A stretch of 64,000 nucleotides of DNA from Patescibacteria group bacterium (GTDB lineage Bacteria > Patescibacteriota > Patescibacteriia > UBA2196). A model generated the notes under the pieces. The model was not told the origin of the DNA and made no database searches. It saw only the letters and a program-made list of their open reading frames with translations. Positions 1-10,161 of this stretch are shown here, piece by piece; positions within the stretch are counted from its first letter, which is position 1; the number at the start of each line of letters is the position of its first letter. Both the position numbers and the translations under genes were made by a program. The stretch is taken from NCBI GenBank assembly GCA_028748975.1, contig JAQTPI010000005.1:8933-72932 (forward strand), in the 5' to 3' direction.

Positions 1-359
1 AAATAATCAATATCTTCAAATTCTTCAGGACAAGCGGTGAAAAGGGGCCCGCCGGCGACAATTTTTTTATGATGGATTTTACACACTCCCACAATTTTTT
101 TGACGCTCTCTCTTTGCACACCCATGGCGCTGATAAAAATATAATCGGCCCATTCTAAATGTTTATCTTTCAATTTTTGCACATTAAGGTCAATGACTTT
201 TTTCTGCCAGCTGGCTGGCAGCATAGCCGCCACCGTCAACAATCCCAGCGGCGGATGAACCGCTTTTTTGGAGATAAATTTCAAAGCATGTTTAAAACTC
301 CAAAAAGTGTCGGGGTATTTGGGGTAGATCAAAAGGATTTTTAGGTTGGGATTGGGCAT
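1..359 (-). CDS. B12-binding radical SAM protein, N-terminal part (runs off the window)
   Basis: Manual translation from ATG at 359: MPNPNLKILLIYPKYPDTFWSFKHALKFISKKAVHPPLGLLTVAAMLP...KIVAGGPLFT, typical of a cobalamin-binding domain of radical SAM proteins; not in the ORF track. Confidence 0.8.
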   Translation of the reverse strand, partial: MPNPNLKILLIYPKYPDTFWSFKHALKFISKKAVHPPLGLLTVAAMLPASWQKKVIDLNVQKLKDKHLEWADYIFISAMGVQRESVKKIVGVCKIHHKKIVAGGPLFTACPEEFEDIDY

Positions 360-362
360 GGG

Positions 363-809
363 TTATAAACTAAGTAATTCTTTACACTCAGCGCGCATAA
401 ATTCGAGAAATAATTCTAATTTTGGAGTTCCGTTTTTAATAACTTCAGAAGCTGGAATATAAACTCGCCAAGGACACTTTTCGGTCTGGTCGTCTCTGGT
501 GGCGCCATAAACAATGCCTTTCATTTTGGCCCAAATAGCGGCTGAAGTGCACATAGGGCAAGGTTCATAGGTAGTATAAAGATAGCAATTATCAAGAACT
601 TTTGAATGAAGTTTTTTGGCTGCTTTTCTGATGGCGTTCATTTCAGCGTGACAAGTGGGGTCTTGTTCTTTGTTTATTGTTGTAAAAGCTTCAGAGATTA
701 TCTCATCGTCTTTAATAATAATGGCGGCGACAGCATGTCCGCCTTCTTTATATTTTTCTTTAGCAAGATTAATTGCTCTTTCCATTATTTTTTTATTCGG
801 ATGATTCAT
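363..809 (-). CDS. Nucleoside/nucleotide deaminase (TadA/guanine deaminase-like)
   Basis: HAEMNAI and EPCPMC zinc motifs. Confidence 0.88.
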   Translation of the reverse strand: MNHPNKKIMERAINLAKEKYKEGGHAVAAIIIKDDEIISEAFTTINKEQDPTCHAEMNAIRKAAKKLHSKVLDNCYLYTTYEPCPMCTSAAIWAKMKGIVYGATRDDQTEKCPWRVYIPASEVIKNGTPKLELFLEFMRAECKELLSL

Positions 810-832
810 ATTAGATTTTATTTATTGCTGTT

Positions 833-1294
833 TTAATTCTCTTCAACTAAAAAATGTTCTTTGTGAAAATCGCCCTCTTCCCAGTCTTTTCTTTTATCAA
901 TTTCATTCTTTATTGAATCAGCGAAGGCTTGGATATGCCTTTTTGCCTCATCACGCCCTTCGTGAGCATACCAGATCGCTGTTTCTCTAACTGTTTTTCC
1001 GGCTAAGTCGGGATCTAGTTGTTTGGCTATTATTTTATAAAGATCGTTAGGTAATCCATCTTCAGCAGCATTATTAAAGATTATAAATGATTCAACTATT
1101 TTTAATAATTCATTTTTTGTATATTCGGGTTTTTCCCCAAGAACCGATTCTCTATGGCCTTGTTCATTTCCCTGGATTAATCTTTTTTTTATTTCTTCAG
1201 CTAAACCATGTGGCAAATTTTCAAAACTTTTAAATTTATTAGTATTTAATTTTTCAGGGGACAACTCCCCTCTTTTTGATTCTGGTTTTGGCAT
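833..1294 (-). CDS. Hypothetical protein
   Basis: 153-aa ORF co-oriented with neighbours, no recognised motif. Confidence 0.6.
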   Translation of the reverse strand: MPKPESKRGELSPEKLNTNKFKSFENLPHGLAEEIKKRLIQGNEQGHRESVLGEKPEYTKNELLKIVESFIIFNNAAEDGLPNDLYKIIAKQLDPDLAGKTVRETAIWYAHEGRDEAKRHIQAFADSIKNEIDKRKDWEEGDFHKEHFLVEEN

Positions 1295-1349
1295 ATTTTT
1301 TAGATTTAATGATTAATTTTTAAATAAAATAGCTATAATTGATTTTTTA

Positions 1350-2936
1350 TTATATTTTTTCAACTGCTTTTTTTATACGCCCTAGGCTTTCTTCTTTGCC
1401 CAAAACTTCGGCGACTTCGAAGGGGCTGGGAGATTTTTCCCGGCCGGTCAAAGCGACGCGGAGAGGCCAGAGGACATTGCCGGTTTCAAGTTTGCCGATG
1501 GAAATTAGTTCTTTAATGAAGGCCTCCAAATTGTTTTTGTTCCAATCTTCGTTTGGAATTTCAGAAAGTTTTTCAATTAAAAATTCCAGTTTTTCTTTGG
1601 CGTCTTTTAAATCGGCTTTGCGCCATTTTAATAATTCTTTTTCATATTGCGGTTCGGTAAAGAAATAAGCGGTGGCTTCGGCAATGTCGGAAAGTTTGTT
1701 GAGGCGGGGCTGTTCTAAGGAAATTATTTTTTTGAGGTATTTTTTGTCTTCCCATGTGCCACGGGGTCCTTCGACTCGTCCCGAGTATTCGGGACTTCGC
1801 TCAGGACAGGCTTTGAGAAAAGGTAGACATAAATCTACTAATTTATCTAAATCCATTTTTTTGATGTATTCCCCATTCATCCAATCCAATTTATTAATAT
1901 CAAAAATGGCGCCGGCTTTCTGGACTTTTTCCAAAGAAAATTCTTTTTCCAAATCTTTCAGAGAAAAAATTTCTTGTTCGGTGCCGGGGTTCCAGCCCAA
2001 AAGCGCGATGTAATTAATTAGGGCTTCAGGCAAATAGCCGAGTTTTTTAAATTCTAAAACAGAAGTGGCGCCGTGGCGTTTGGAAAGTTTGGATTTGTCC
2101 GGCGCCAAAATCAATGACAGGTGCCCGAATTCCGGCGCGTCCCAGCCCAGAGCTTTATATAAAATTAAATGTTTAGGCGTGGAAGACAGCCAGTCCTCAG
2201 CGCGGATGACATGAGTAATTTCGCTTTCGTGGTCATCAATCACGTTGGCCAAATGATAAGTTGGAAAACCGTCGGATTTGATTAAAATTTGGTCATCAAT
2301 TTCTTTTAAATTAAAACTGACTTGTCCGCGGATGAGATCGTGAAAGGTAATTATCCCCTCCTTTCGAAGGAGGGGTGCTCCGACAACGATCGGAGCAGGG
2401 TGGTTGTTTGTTTCGTTTACAACCCCCTTGTCCCTTCGGGACACTCCCCCTTCGAAAGGGGGAGATATGTGCTCGGAAATTTTCATTCTGATGACGTGCG
2501 GTTCACCGGCTTTTAATTTTTCTCCAATTTCTTCTTTGGATAAATTCAAGCAATGGCGGTCATATTTGGGTGCGACTTTGCGCGCAATCTGTTCCTCGCG
2601 CATTTTTTCCAATCGTTCGGCAGAACAAAAACAATAATAGGCGTCGTCTTGCTCCACCAACTGTGCCGCAAATTTCTGATAAATTTCCGTGCGTTTTGAT
2701 TGAAAAATTATATTATCTTTATTATCATAATCCAGTCCGGCCCATTTCAGGCCCTCAAAAATTACTTCAGTACTTCCCTCTTTATATCGCGTTTGGTCTG
2801 TGTCTTCAATACGTAATAAAAATTCTCCGCCATTGTGTTTGGCGAATAAATATTCAAAAAGCGCCGTACGCAAACTACCGATGTGTAAATCACCAGTTGG
2901 GCTTGGCGCAAACCGTGTCTTGACTGTTTTTTTCAT
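1350..2936 (-). CDS. gltX: Glutamate--tRNA ligase, with two in-frame palindromic insertions
   Basis: RFAPSPTG-HIGS, LRIEDTD, KLSKR motifs. Confidence 0.97.
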   Translation of the reverse strand: MKKTVKTRFAPSPTGDLHIGSLRTALFEYLFAKHNGGEFLLRIEDTDQTRYKEGSTEVIFEGLKWAGLDYDNKDNIIFQSKRTEIYQKFAAQLVEQDDAYYCFCSAERLEKMREEQIARKVAPKYDRHCLNLSKEEIGEKLKAGEPHVIRMKISEHISPPFEGGVSRRDKGVVNETNNHPAPIVVGAPLLRKEGIITFHDLIRGQVSFNLKEIDDQILIKSDGFPTYHLANVIDDHESEITHVIRAEDWLSSTPKHLILYKALGWDAPEFGHLSLILAPDKSKLSKRHGATSVLEFKKLGYLPEALINYIALLGWNPGTEQEIFSLKDLEKEFSLEKVQKAGAIFDINKLDWMNGEYIKKMDLDKLVDLCLPFLKACPERSPEYSGRVEGPRGTWEDKKYLKKIISLEQPRLNKLSDIAEATAYFFTEPQYEKELLKWRKADLKDAKEKLEFLIEKLSEIPNEDWNKNNLEAFIKELISIGKLETGNVLWPLRVALTGREKSPSPFEVAEVLGKEESLGRIKKAVEKI

Positions 2937-3002
2937 AGATGATAAGGTTATTTTAGAAACTAATTAAGTCTTTTAAAACCCAAAAAATGAGGAGGAAAAA
3001 CC

Positions 3003-3305
3003 GTGAACACACTAATAAAAATTAAGCTGTATTTTACAAAAGTTCACAATTCTACCCCCTTTATTTTACAATCATTTCTTCTTGTGATTTTTTGTCTTTT
3101 TAATTTTTTTGTCTTCGCTGGAAAATCAAAGGAATTTTTGGTGTGGAATTATGTATTTTTTCTTCTTATTTCCGGCTTTTTTTCTATTTTTCTATTATCT
3201 GGAAAAACAGAAGACAAAGATAGTATATGCGATGAATATCATAAATGCGTTTATGTTTTTATAAGTTTTTTATTTTATATGATTTCATCGGGTTTATTGT
3301 TTTAA
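3003..3305 (+). CDS. Hypothetical membrane protein
   Basis: GAGGAGG SD before a GTG start; hydrophobic segments. Confidence 0.55.
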   Translation: MNTLIKIKLYFTKVHNSTPFILQSFLLVIFCLFNFFVFAGKSKEFLVWNYVFFLLISGFFSIFLLSGKTEDKDSICDEYHKCVYVFISFLFYMISSGLLF

Positions 3306-3314
3306 TTTTACACA

Positions 3315-3715
3315 GGAAAAACAATACTCGCTTGCCAAACGCGCTTTAAGCGTTTGGACAGAAAAATATTAACCCAAAAAACAAGGAGGAAGACGGTGAT
3401 TAAAAAAGTATTAGTTTATTTTTTGAGAGTAGCAAGTTGGGCCATTACTATCTCTGGTACGGGATTACTGGCAACGGCGATGTTTCTTATCATCGAAAGT
3501 TTATACGTATTTATTTTTGGAATTAATTTTTTTTATATTTTTCCCAAAGAATTTTTATTCAATATGGCAATCCCTTCTTTTTGTAGGTTTTGGCTAATTG
3601 CCGGAGTAATTTCCGCACCGGTCGTTTCAATAATGGATATCCCTAAGCCAAGATTTTTTAAATACTTGCCATGGGAAAATTATACTCGCTTGCCAAATGC
3701 GCTTTAAACGTTTGG
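3315..3715. repeat. 43-bp direct repeat pair (3315-3357, 3673-3715)
   Basis: 38/43 identical; shared core ATACTCGCTTGCCAAAYGCGCTTTAARCGTTTGG. Confidence 0.85.
3396..3707 (+). CDS. Hypothetical membrane protein
   Basis: AAGGAGG SD before GTG at 3396; hydrophobic; 3' end overlaps the WecB/TagA gene. Confidence 0.55.
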   Translation: MIKKVLVYFLRVASWAITISGTGLLATAMFLIIESLYVFIFGINFFYIFPKEFLFNMAIPSFCRFWLIAGVISAPVVSIMDIPKPRFFKYLPWENYTRLPNAL

Positions 3716-4541
3716 GCTGGTGAAGCAAGCGATACAACCATTCAAACGAGCCCTGCCACTTGGTCGGGGCTCTTTTTATTTTTCCCGCCCAATAATCAAA
3801 TGCTCCGCCAACACCAATCGCCAATTTTACACTTGGCATTTTGGGCAAATTTTCGTTAATCCATTTTTGAGCTTTGGGATGATTTAAGGCAACGAAGAGA
3901 ACGGTGGGCTGAAAGGAATTTATTTTTTCAATGATATTTTCGGCTTCAAAAATAGTATAACCAAACTCCAAAGATTCCATCGCCCCTTCGGGGCTCGGAA
4001 TGACATTCTTTTTTAGATTTTCCATTACTAATCGTGGTGTATCACCAAAACCTCCCAACAAAAATATTTTCTTGTTTGTCATCCCGGGCTTGACCCGGGA
4101 TCCAGAAAACGACGTGGATTCCGGCTCGGGGGCCGGAATGACAGAAAGAAGTTTGCAAATTTCCGGGATCAAATCCGTGCCGGTGATTGTCTCTTTAATT
4201 ATATCCAATTTTTCGTCTTTTTTCAACATTCCCCACCAGGCAATTTTTAGCCCCGTGAAAAATTTTCTGATTACTGATTTCTGATTACTAATTTTTGCCA
4301 GATACTTCGCGGCGAGGCGGAGACCGTAACCATCAGGGACGGAAAGCCAGGAATTGTTAATGATATTTTTAAAATTTTCGTCTTTTTGCGCGGATAAAAT
4401 AAATTCGGGATTGGTGGTAACCAATTGTTCACCCTTTTCATCCGATTGTTCACCCTTTTCATCCGATAATAAAAGCTGTTGGATTTTGGCCAACACTTCG
4501 GGTTTGGGTAGATTGTCTACGTGGACGCCCAGAATAATCAT
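3627..4541 (-). CDS. WecB/TagA/CpsF family glycosyltransferase
   Basis: VTTNPEF, VPDG, PKAQKWI, GVGGAFD, KRAP, EWLYRL motifs. Confidence 0.92.
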   Translation of the reverse strand: MIILGVHVDNLPKPEVLAKIQQLLLSDEKGEQSDEKGEQLVTTNPEFILSAQKDENFKNIINNSWLSVPDGYGLRLAAKYLAKISNQKSVIRKFFTGLKIAWWGMLKKDEKLDIIKETITGTDLIPEICKLLSVIPAPEPESTSFSGSRVKPGMTNKKIFLLGGFGDTPRLVMENLKKNVIPSPEGAMESLEFGYTIFEAENIIEKINSFQPTVLFVALNHPKAQKWINENLPKMPSVKLAIGVGGAFDYWAGKIKRAPTKWQGSFEWLYRLLHQPKRLKRIWQASIIFPWQVFKKSWLRDIHY

Positions 4542-4710
4542 ATTTTATAGGGGTATTTGGCTTGTTTAGACCCTTAAATTTAGCTCAAAATTGCCTTTTT
4601 GGGCCCTTTTATCAGCTTTGAGCTCTACTTACCCTATTTTAACATTTTTAGTGGCAAAAACAAATTCATGCTATAATGAATTTATAGATAACTAATTTAT
4701 CCACCACCTT

Positions 4711-6081
4711 ATGAAAATAAGATTTTTTGGCGTTATATTAATATTTTTGGCCACAATTTTGGCTCCAGTGGCGCCAGCACTGGCGCAGTTTACTTTTAAT
4801 CCCCATTATGTTCTTTCGGACCAGGAATTGACGAATTATTCCAGTATGACTATTGACCAAATCAACGCTTTTTTGAAAAGCAAGGGCGGAATTTTGGCAA
4901 ACTATATTGATCCTAATGTGCGCATGTCTATTCCGCAGTTGATTTATGAATCTTCACAGATGTATAAAATTAATCCGCGCTACGCTTTAGTGCTTTTGCA
5001 AAAAGAACAAAGCTTGATTACGGATGAAGCGCCGACTCAAGGACAATTGAATTGGGCCACTGGTTATGGCTGTCCGGATTCGGGCGGCTGTAATCCAAAA
5101 TACCAAGGACTGGGCAACCAGATTGATTGGGGCGTCGGCGCGATTAGGTTTTATCTTGATAATCCAAACCAGTTTCGTTTTCAGACCGGCAGAACTTACA
5201 CTGTTGATGGCCAAAGCGTGACCATGCAAAATGACGCCACCACCGCGCTGTATATTTACACGCCGCATTTACATGGCAATGAAAGTTTGGCGCGCATTTG
5301 GACGGAATGGTTTTCCCAAAATTATCCTGATGGTTCGCTGTTACAAGACAACGAAGATGGCAGTGTTTGGCTGATTCAGGGCAATTCACGCCGTTTGTTT
5401 TCTTCCAAAGTGGCTTTGGTTTCGCGTTATTCCACCAAACAATTAATTCCAGTGGAACCGAATGAACTGGAAAAATATCAAATTGGCACACCAATTAAAT
5501 ATGCCAACTATTCTTTACTGCGCATTGAAACGGGTGGAATTTATTTATTAGATAATGATGTGGTTAGGCCCATAACTTCCATGAAAGCTTTTAAACTCCT
5601 TGGTTTTAATCCGGAAGAGGTTATGAATGTAAAAACAACCGATATTGCCGATATCCCGCGTGGCGAATCGATTACTATTGAAAGCACTTTCCCAACTGGC
5701 GGACTTTTGCAGGATAAAGCCACGGGCGGAGTGTATTTTGTCCAAAACGGTAAAAAATATCCGATTTGGGCCAAGCAATTATTAAATTTATATTACAAAA
5801 CAAAGAAAATTGTGAAAGTAACAGCGGAAGAACTGAAGCAATATCCGACTGGCAATCCAATTAAATTTAAAGATGGCGAACTCTTGAAATCGGACAAAGA
5901 AAGCACTATTTATTTTGTTTCTAACGGCGCACGCCGGCCGTTTGTGTCTGAAGCGGCTTTTAAAGAATTGGGTTATAAACTGACAAACGTGATTGTTACC
6001 ACGGATAAACTTTTGAGTTTGCATCCGATTGGCGAAGTGATTACTTCAGCGAATTTTGTGAGCGCAAGCAGCACCAAATAA
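4711..6081 (+). CDS. Secreted protein: putative lysozyme-like N-terminal domain plus CPR-type C-terminal repeats
   Basis: Signal peptide; LLQKEQSL / GYGCPD / LYIYTPH; repeated G-x-LL...VY-x-I-x-NG units. Confidence 0.6.
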   Translation: MKIRFFGVILIFLATILAPVAPALAQFTFNPHYVLSDQELTNYSSMTIDQINAFLKSKGGILANYIDPNVRMSIPQLIYESSQMYKINPRYALVLLQKEQSLITDEAPTQGQLNWATGYGCPDSGGCNPKYQGLGNQIDWGVGAIRFYLDNPNQFRFQTGRTYTVDGQSVTMQNDATTALYIYTPHLHGNESLARIWTEWFSQNYPDGSLLQDNEDGSVWLIQGNSRRLFSSKVALVSRYSTKQLIPVEPNELEKYQIGTPIKYANYSLLRIETGGIYLLDNDVVRPITSMKAFKLLGFNPEEVMNVKTTDIADIPRGESITIESTFPTGGLLQDKATGGVYFVQNGKKYPIWAKQLLNLYYKTKKIVKVTAEELKQYPTGNPIKFKDGELLKSDKESTIYFVSNGARRPFVSEAAFKELGYKLTNVIVTTDKLLSLHPIGEVITSANFVSASSTK

Positions 6082-6263
6082 TTTTTTTACAGCCTGCCCT
6101 GAGCGATAGCGAAGGGCCCCCGGATGAACTTGGGGAGACATAAATTTCAAAGCCTTTTATATCCTTATTTCCTTATATCTTTATTATCATCCACTTCGGT
6201 CACGGGATCCTTCACTTTGGCCGATTGCTATCGGCCTTCGTTCAGGATGACACTTAATAAACT

Positions 6264-7046
6264 ATGTTAGTTTTTTCCGCCATTGTCCCCCATCCTCCCA
6301 TTTTAATTCCGGCTATTGGCAAGGAAAACTTAGAGGTGATTAAAAAAACCAAATTTGCCATGGAAGAATTAGCCGAGCATCTTTACGCCGCTAAACCAGA
6401 AGTGATTATTGTTGTTTCGCCGCACGGTGAATTGCATGAAGGAAAAATAACTATCAATCAGGCACCAAAATTTGTGGGCGCGTTTAATAAATTTGGAGAT
6501 TTGACTACCAAAATGGAGTGGCAAGGAGAACTTGGCCTGTCATATAAAATTTATGAAAAAATGGAAACCGAGGGGACGGCGCGTTTAATTCATGATGAAA
6601 ATTTGGATCATGGCGCGGCCGTACCACTTTTTTATCTGGCGCAAAATTTGCCAGAGGTAAAAATTTTACCGATTAATTATTGCTTGCGTGATTTGAAGTT
6701 TCACTTTGATTTTGGCAAAGAATTGGGAGAAATAATCCATGCCGAAAACAGGCGCGTGGCTTTTATCGCCTCGGGCGACCTCTCCCACCGCTTAACCAAA
6801 GACGCGCCAGCCGGCTACAACCCAAATGGAAAAAAGTTTGATAAATTATTATTAGCTTTGTTAAAAGAAAAAAAATACGAGGAAATTTTAAATATGGATG
6901 TGGATTTAGTGGAAGACGCGGGCGAATGCGGATTGCGTTCCATTGCCGTACTTTTGGGAATAATAAAAGATATGAATATCACACCACAATTACTTTCTTA
7001 TGAGGGGCCGTTTGGGGTTGGGTATGCGGTGATGGAGATAGTATAG
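6264..7046 (+). CDS. MEMO1 / class III extradiol dioxygenase family (AmmeMemoRadiSam protein B-like)
   Basis: PHPP, SPHG, LDHG, SGDLSH, ECG, YEGPFGVGY. Confidence 0.88.
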   Translation: MLVFSAIVPHPPILIPAIGKENLEVIKKTKFAMEELAEHLYAAKPEVIIVVSPHGELHEGKITINQAPKFVGAFNKFGDLTTKMEWQGELGLSYKIYEKMETEGTARLIHDENLDHGAAVPLFYLAQNLPEVKILPINYCLRDLKFHFDFGKELGEIIHAENRRVAFIASGDLSHRLTKDAPAGYNPNGKKFDKLLLALLKEKKYEEILNMDVDLVEDAGECGLRSIAVLLGIIKDMNITPQLLSYEGPFGVGYAVMEIV

Positions 7047-7094
7047 TAGTAATAAGTAATAAGTAACTAGTAATAAGAGAGACTATGGAAAATA

Positions 7095-7123
7095 AAAAAT
7101 CCCACCGGTGAAATGGTGGGTTT
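7095..7123. terminator. Intrinsic terminator, stronger on the minus strand
   Basis: CCCACC-N8-GGTGGG hairpin flanked by an A-run. Confidence 0.6.
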
Positions 7124-7139
7124 ATGATTGGTGGGGAAA

Positions 7140-7426
7140 ATGTTGAAGTTCCCCAGTATTTTCAGAAATCGCCCCAAATGTTTGGCCTGGGCACACAAAT
7201 GTTCCAGGGCGGGTTTCTGCCGTCATTGCTTACACTGTTGACGTAAGGGAGACTTGATCACCTCCCCCTCAACAAGCGCGGGACGGCCTCAATATCGCGT
7301 CGGGTTAAATCGGACCGCATCCGACATAGCCATTACTCTGCCGGGCCGTCGGACCGATACCAGCTCTCGTCAGCGTGGGGGCTTACCAGGCAGTCGCCTC
7401 AGCCACAACAACGACAAGCGGCAATG
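7140..7426. ncRNA. Putative structured non-coding RNA
   Basis: GC-rich intergenic block with no credible ORF, several helices, and a minus-strand promoter and terminator bracketing it. Confidence 0.45.
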
Positions 7427-7428
7427 TT

Positions 7429-7458
7429 AGTGTAGCATATGCAAAAAATATTTGTCAA
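7429..7458 (-). promoter_or_regulatory. Sigma70-type promoter
   Basis: TTGACA-N18-TACACT with an extended -10 TG. Confidence 0.55.
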
Positions 7459-7603
7459 ATAGTATTTGGTGGATAACTTCTAATAGTTTTTTGTTTATTT
7501 GTCGGTAGATGGATATTTACGATATTACGATATATCGTAATATCGTAAATATGATAATAAATTACGAATGACAAATTAATATAAATAATGCTAAAATATA
7601 GTC

Positions 7604-9625
7604 ATGATTGCGGAAATTATACCAGCGGTAAGATTACCGCGAAATCTGAATTCTTTTAGTTATTTGGTGCCGGCGGAAATGGCTGGTGTTCTTAAGGTTG
7701 GCATGATTGTAGAAGTTGATTTTAGAGGGAGAAAAGTTGACGGACTAATAATAAAAATCAGAAAACAGAAATCAGAAAACAGAAATCAGAAAACAGAAAT
7801 CAGGGAGAAAAATAATTTTAAATTAAAGCCGATTAAGAAAATTGTTTTCCCCACCCCACTCGTTACTTTGGCGCAGATTGATTTGATAAGAAAAATTGCC
7901 AAATATTATGGCGTGTCGGAAGGGGTGGTGTGCCGGTCGTTTTTACCGGCGCTTTCTAAGCGCCTCCTACGAATGTACGAATCCTACGAATATACGAATA
8001 GAACAACTAAAACGAAAAAAGTTAAAATAGTGAACTCACATCTTTTCTGGTGGCAGAACTTAGACGAACGAAATACGGAATATAAAAAAAATATTAATAA
8101 AACCAAAGGGCAGATTTTGATTCTGACGCCGCAGATTGATTTTATTGAGCAATTAATAAAAGATTTAAAATTGGATGAAAAAAAAGTGATTAGAATTCAT
8201 AACGGCATTAAACCCAAAGAGTTTTTTGAGAACTGGTTGAAAATTTTATCGGGCGAGCCAAAAATTATCATTGGCACCAAAATGGCCTTGACACTTTCCT
8301 TCTCTAATTTGAAAACTATTATTATTGACGAGGAGCAGGATTGGAATCATAAACAATCAGATATTAATCCGCGCTATGACGCGCGGATGGTGGCGGAATG
8401 GCTGGCGAGTGCGCACGGAGCGGAGTTGGTTTTGGCGAGCGCGGCGCCGAGGGTGGAGACATATTACGAATTATTGAAATCAGAAAACAGAAAACAGAAA
8501 TCAGGGGATTCTACGAGATCCCTCGGCTCCCCCGAGTACTCGGGGTCGCTCGGGATAAACTTAGTGAATTTACAAGACGAAAAGACCAAAGGCAATTATT
8601 CCCTACTCTCGGATTCACTCAAAGAAAAAATTGAAGAAATATTAAAAACAAATAAAAAAATATTTTTACTGCATAACCGCAAAGGTACCTCGGGTTTTGT
8701 TTCTTGCGCAGACTGCGGTCATGTTTTTTTATGCCCGGAGTGTCAAATTTCTTTGAATTATTTTCAGACGCAAGGAAGATTAAAATGCGGCCATTGCGCG
8801 CATCAAGAAGAAGTTCCGCCGCTTTGTCCGAAATGCAGCGGACCGAAGATTACTTTTAAAGCCAAGGGCGTGGAAGATCTGGCGCTGGAATTAAAAAAGA
8901 TTTTTCCAGAGATAAATATTTTAGCGGCTTTTAAAAATGAAGGTAAAAAAACAGATTTCAGCAAAGCGCAAATTATCGCGGGCACAGAATTCGCCCTAAG
9001 TAAGATTAATTGGGAGGAAATTGGGTTGGCTGCTATTGTTAATTTTGACCAATTGGTAAACCGGCCGGATTTGGGAGCGCAAAAAGGCGCCTATGATTTA
9101 TTAAAATATATTCAGGGTAGATTGCAGGGCGAACTTATTATTCAGGCGCATAATTTGGATAATATAATTTTGAAAAGCATAAAAGAAAATAGGCCGGAAA
9201 TTTTTTATGAAAATGAACTGGAAAACCGCAAAGATCTTAACTATCCCCCGTTTTGCCGTCTGATTAAAATTATTTTTCAAGATAAATCCAAGGCCCGTGC
9301 TTATTATTTAAGCGACCAGTTGGCGCGGGAGATAAAAAAATTACACACTTGTCATTCCGAGCGAGAGCGAGGAATCCCTTATATTTCCCATACAAGAAAG
9401 ACGAAGGGATCCTTCACTTCTCCGCCTGCTGGCGGATTCGTTCAGGATGACAACACAACCGATTGGCAAGTGAATGGTCCGATACCCGCTGTGCCGGAAA
9501 AAATCCGCGGTAATTTTTTCTATCATATTATTGTTAAACTACCGCTGGCGGCGGATTTAAATAAATTATTTAAAATTATTCCGCCGGATTTTGTGGTTGA
9601 CACAGACCCAGAAAAGTTGACGTAA
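7604..9625 (+). CDS. priA: Primosomal protein N' (PriA), degenerate helicase motif I
   Basis: DEEQD, PRYDAR, NRKG, four CxxC, YPPF, DPE. Confidence 0.9.
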   Translation: MIAEIIPAVRLPRNLNSFSYLVPAEMAGVLKVGMIVEVDFRGRKVDGLIIKIRKQKSENRNQKTEIREKNNFKLKPIKKIVFPTPLVTLAQIDLIRKIAKYYGVSEGVVCRSFLPALSKRLLRMYESYEYTNRTTKTKKVKIVNSHLFWWQNLDERNTEYKKNINKTKGQILILTPQIDFIEQLIKDLKLDEKKVIRIHNGIKPKEFFENWLKILSGEPKIIIGTKMALTLSFSNLKTIIIDEEQDWNHKQSDINPRYDARMVAEWLASAHGAELVLASAAPRVETYYELLKSENRKQKSGDSTRSLGSPEYSGSLGINLVNLQDEKTKGNYSLLSDSLKEKIEEILKTNKKIFLLHNRKGTSGFVSCADCGHVFLCPECQISLNYFQTQGRLKCGHCAHQEEVPPLCPKCSGPKITFKAKGVEDLALELKKIFPEINILAAFKNEGKKTDFSKAQIIAGTEFALSKINWEEIGLAAIVNFDQLVNRPDLGAQKGAYDLLKYIQGRLQGELIIQAHNLDNIILKSIKENRPEIFYENELENRKDLNYPPFCRLIKIIFQDKSKARAYYLSDQLAREIKKLHTCHSERERGIPYISHTRKTKGSFTSPPAGGFVQDDNTTDWQVNGPIPAVPEKIRGNFFYHIIVKLPLAADLNKLFKIIPPDFVVDTDPEKLT

Positions 9626-9714
9626 TAACCAAACTTTGATATTATTAAGTTTGAAAATAAAAAAATTCCAAGCACATCTGATATGCTTGGAATATACTGT
9701 ATGGGGTTATGTGT

Positions 9715-10161
9715 TCATGCCTTAATGATGAGAGAGAGACTGGAATCGCGAATTATTTCTACCTCATCATTTTTCCCGATTACCAGCCCGAGATTAGGGC
9801 AACCAAATTCAGCAAAATCTCGGCGAGAAGCAGCATTGCAAGCTGATTCATTAGCTCTAAATTGCGGCTGGAAAAAAACCATGCCCACGATTGGAAAAGT
9901 TCCTTCTTTCAAAATATTTTTTTTGTCTTTTTTCCAGAGATCCATGGCAACGGAAGCCAGGATATCTGGAGAAATTTCCGCACTCAAAATTGATGTTTTT
10001 TGTTTTTTGGGTATAATCACGTCTCTGATAATGACAATATCACCAATTCTTTGGCCGAGTAACCACCCTAAACGGCAATGGTTAGGAGTGGCGCCATCTT
10101 TCAGTTTCTGGATGATTTTTGCCAGTCCCGGAAGACTGATTCTGTCTTTTTTTTCAGACAC
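9715..10161 (-). CDS. JAB/MPN-like protein, probably catalytically inactive
   Basis: GWLLG...IRDVIIP.Q...IVGMVFFQPQF..S..N aligns by eye to the MPN fold; own promoter (10227-10255) and GGAGG SD. Confidence 0.5.
   Translation of the reverse strand: MSEKKDRISLPGLAKIIQKLKDGATPNHCRLGWLLGQRIGDIVIIRDVIIPKKQKTSILSAEISPDILASVAMDLWKKDKKNILKEGTFPIVGMVFFQPQFRANESACNAASRRDFAEFGCPNLGLVIGKNDEVEIIRDSSLSLIIKA

Noticed and set aside
7360-7375. Hammerhead core CTGACGA on the minus strand
   Set aside because: No stem II closed by CGAAA at a suitable position.
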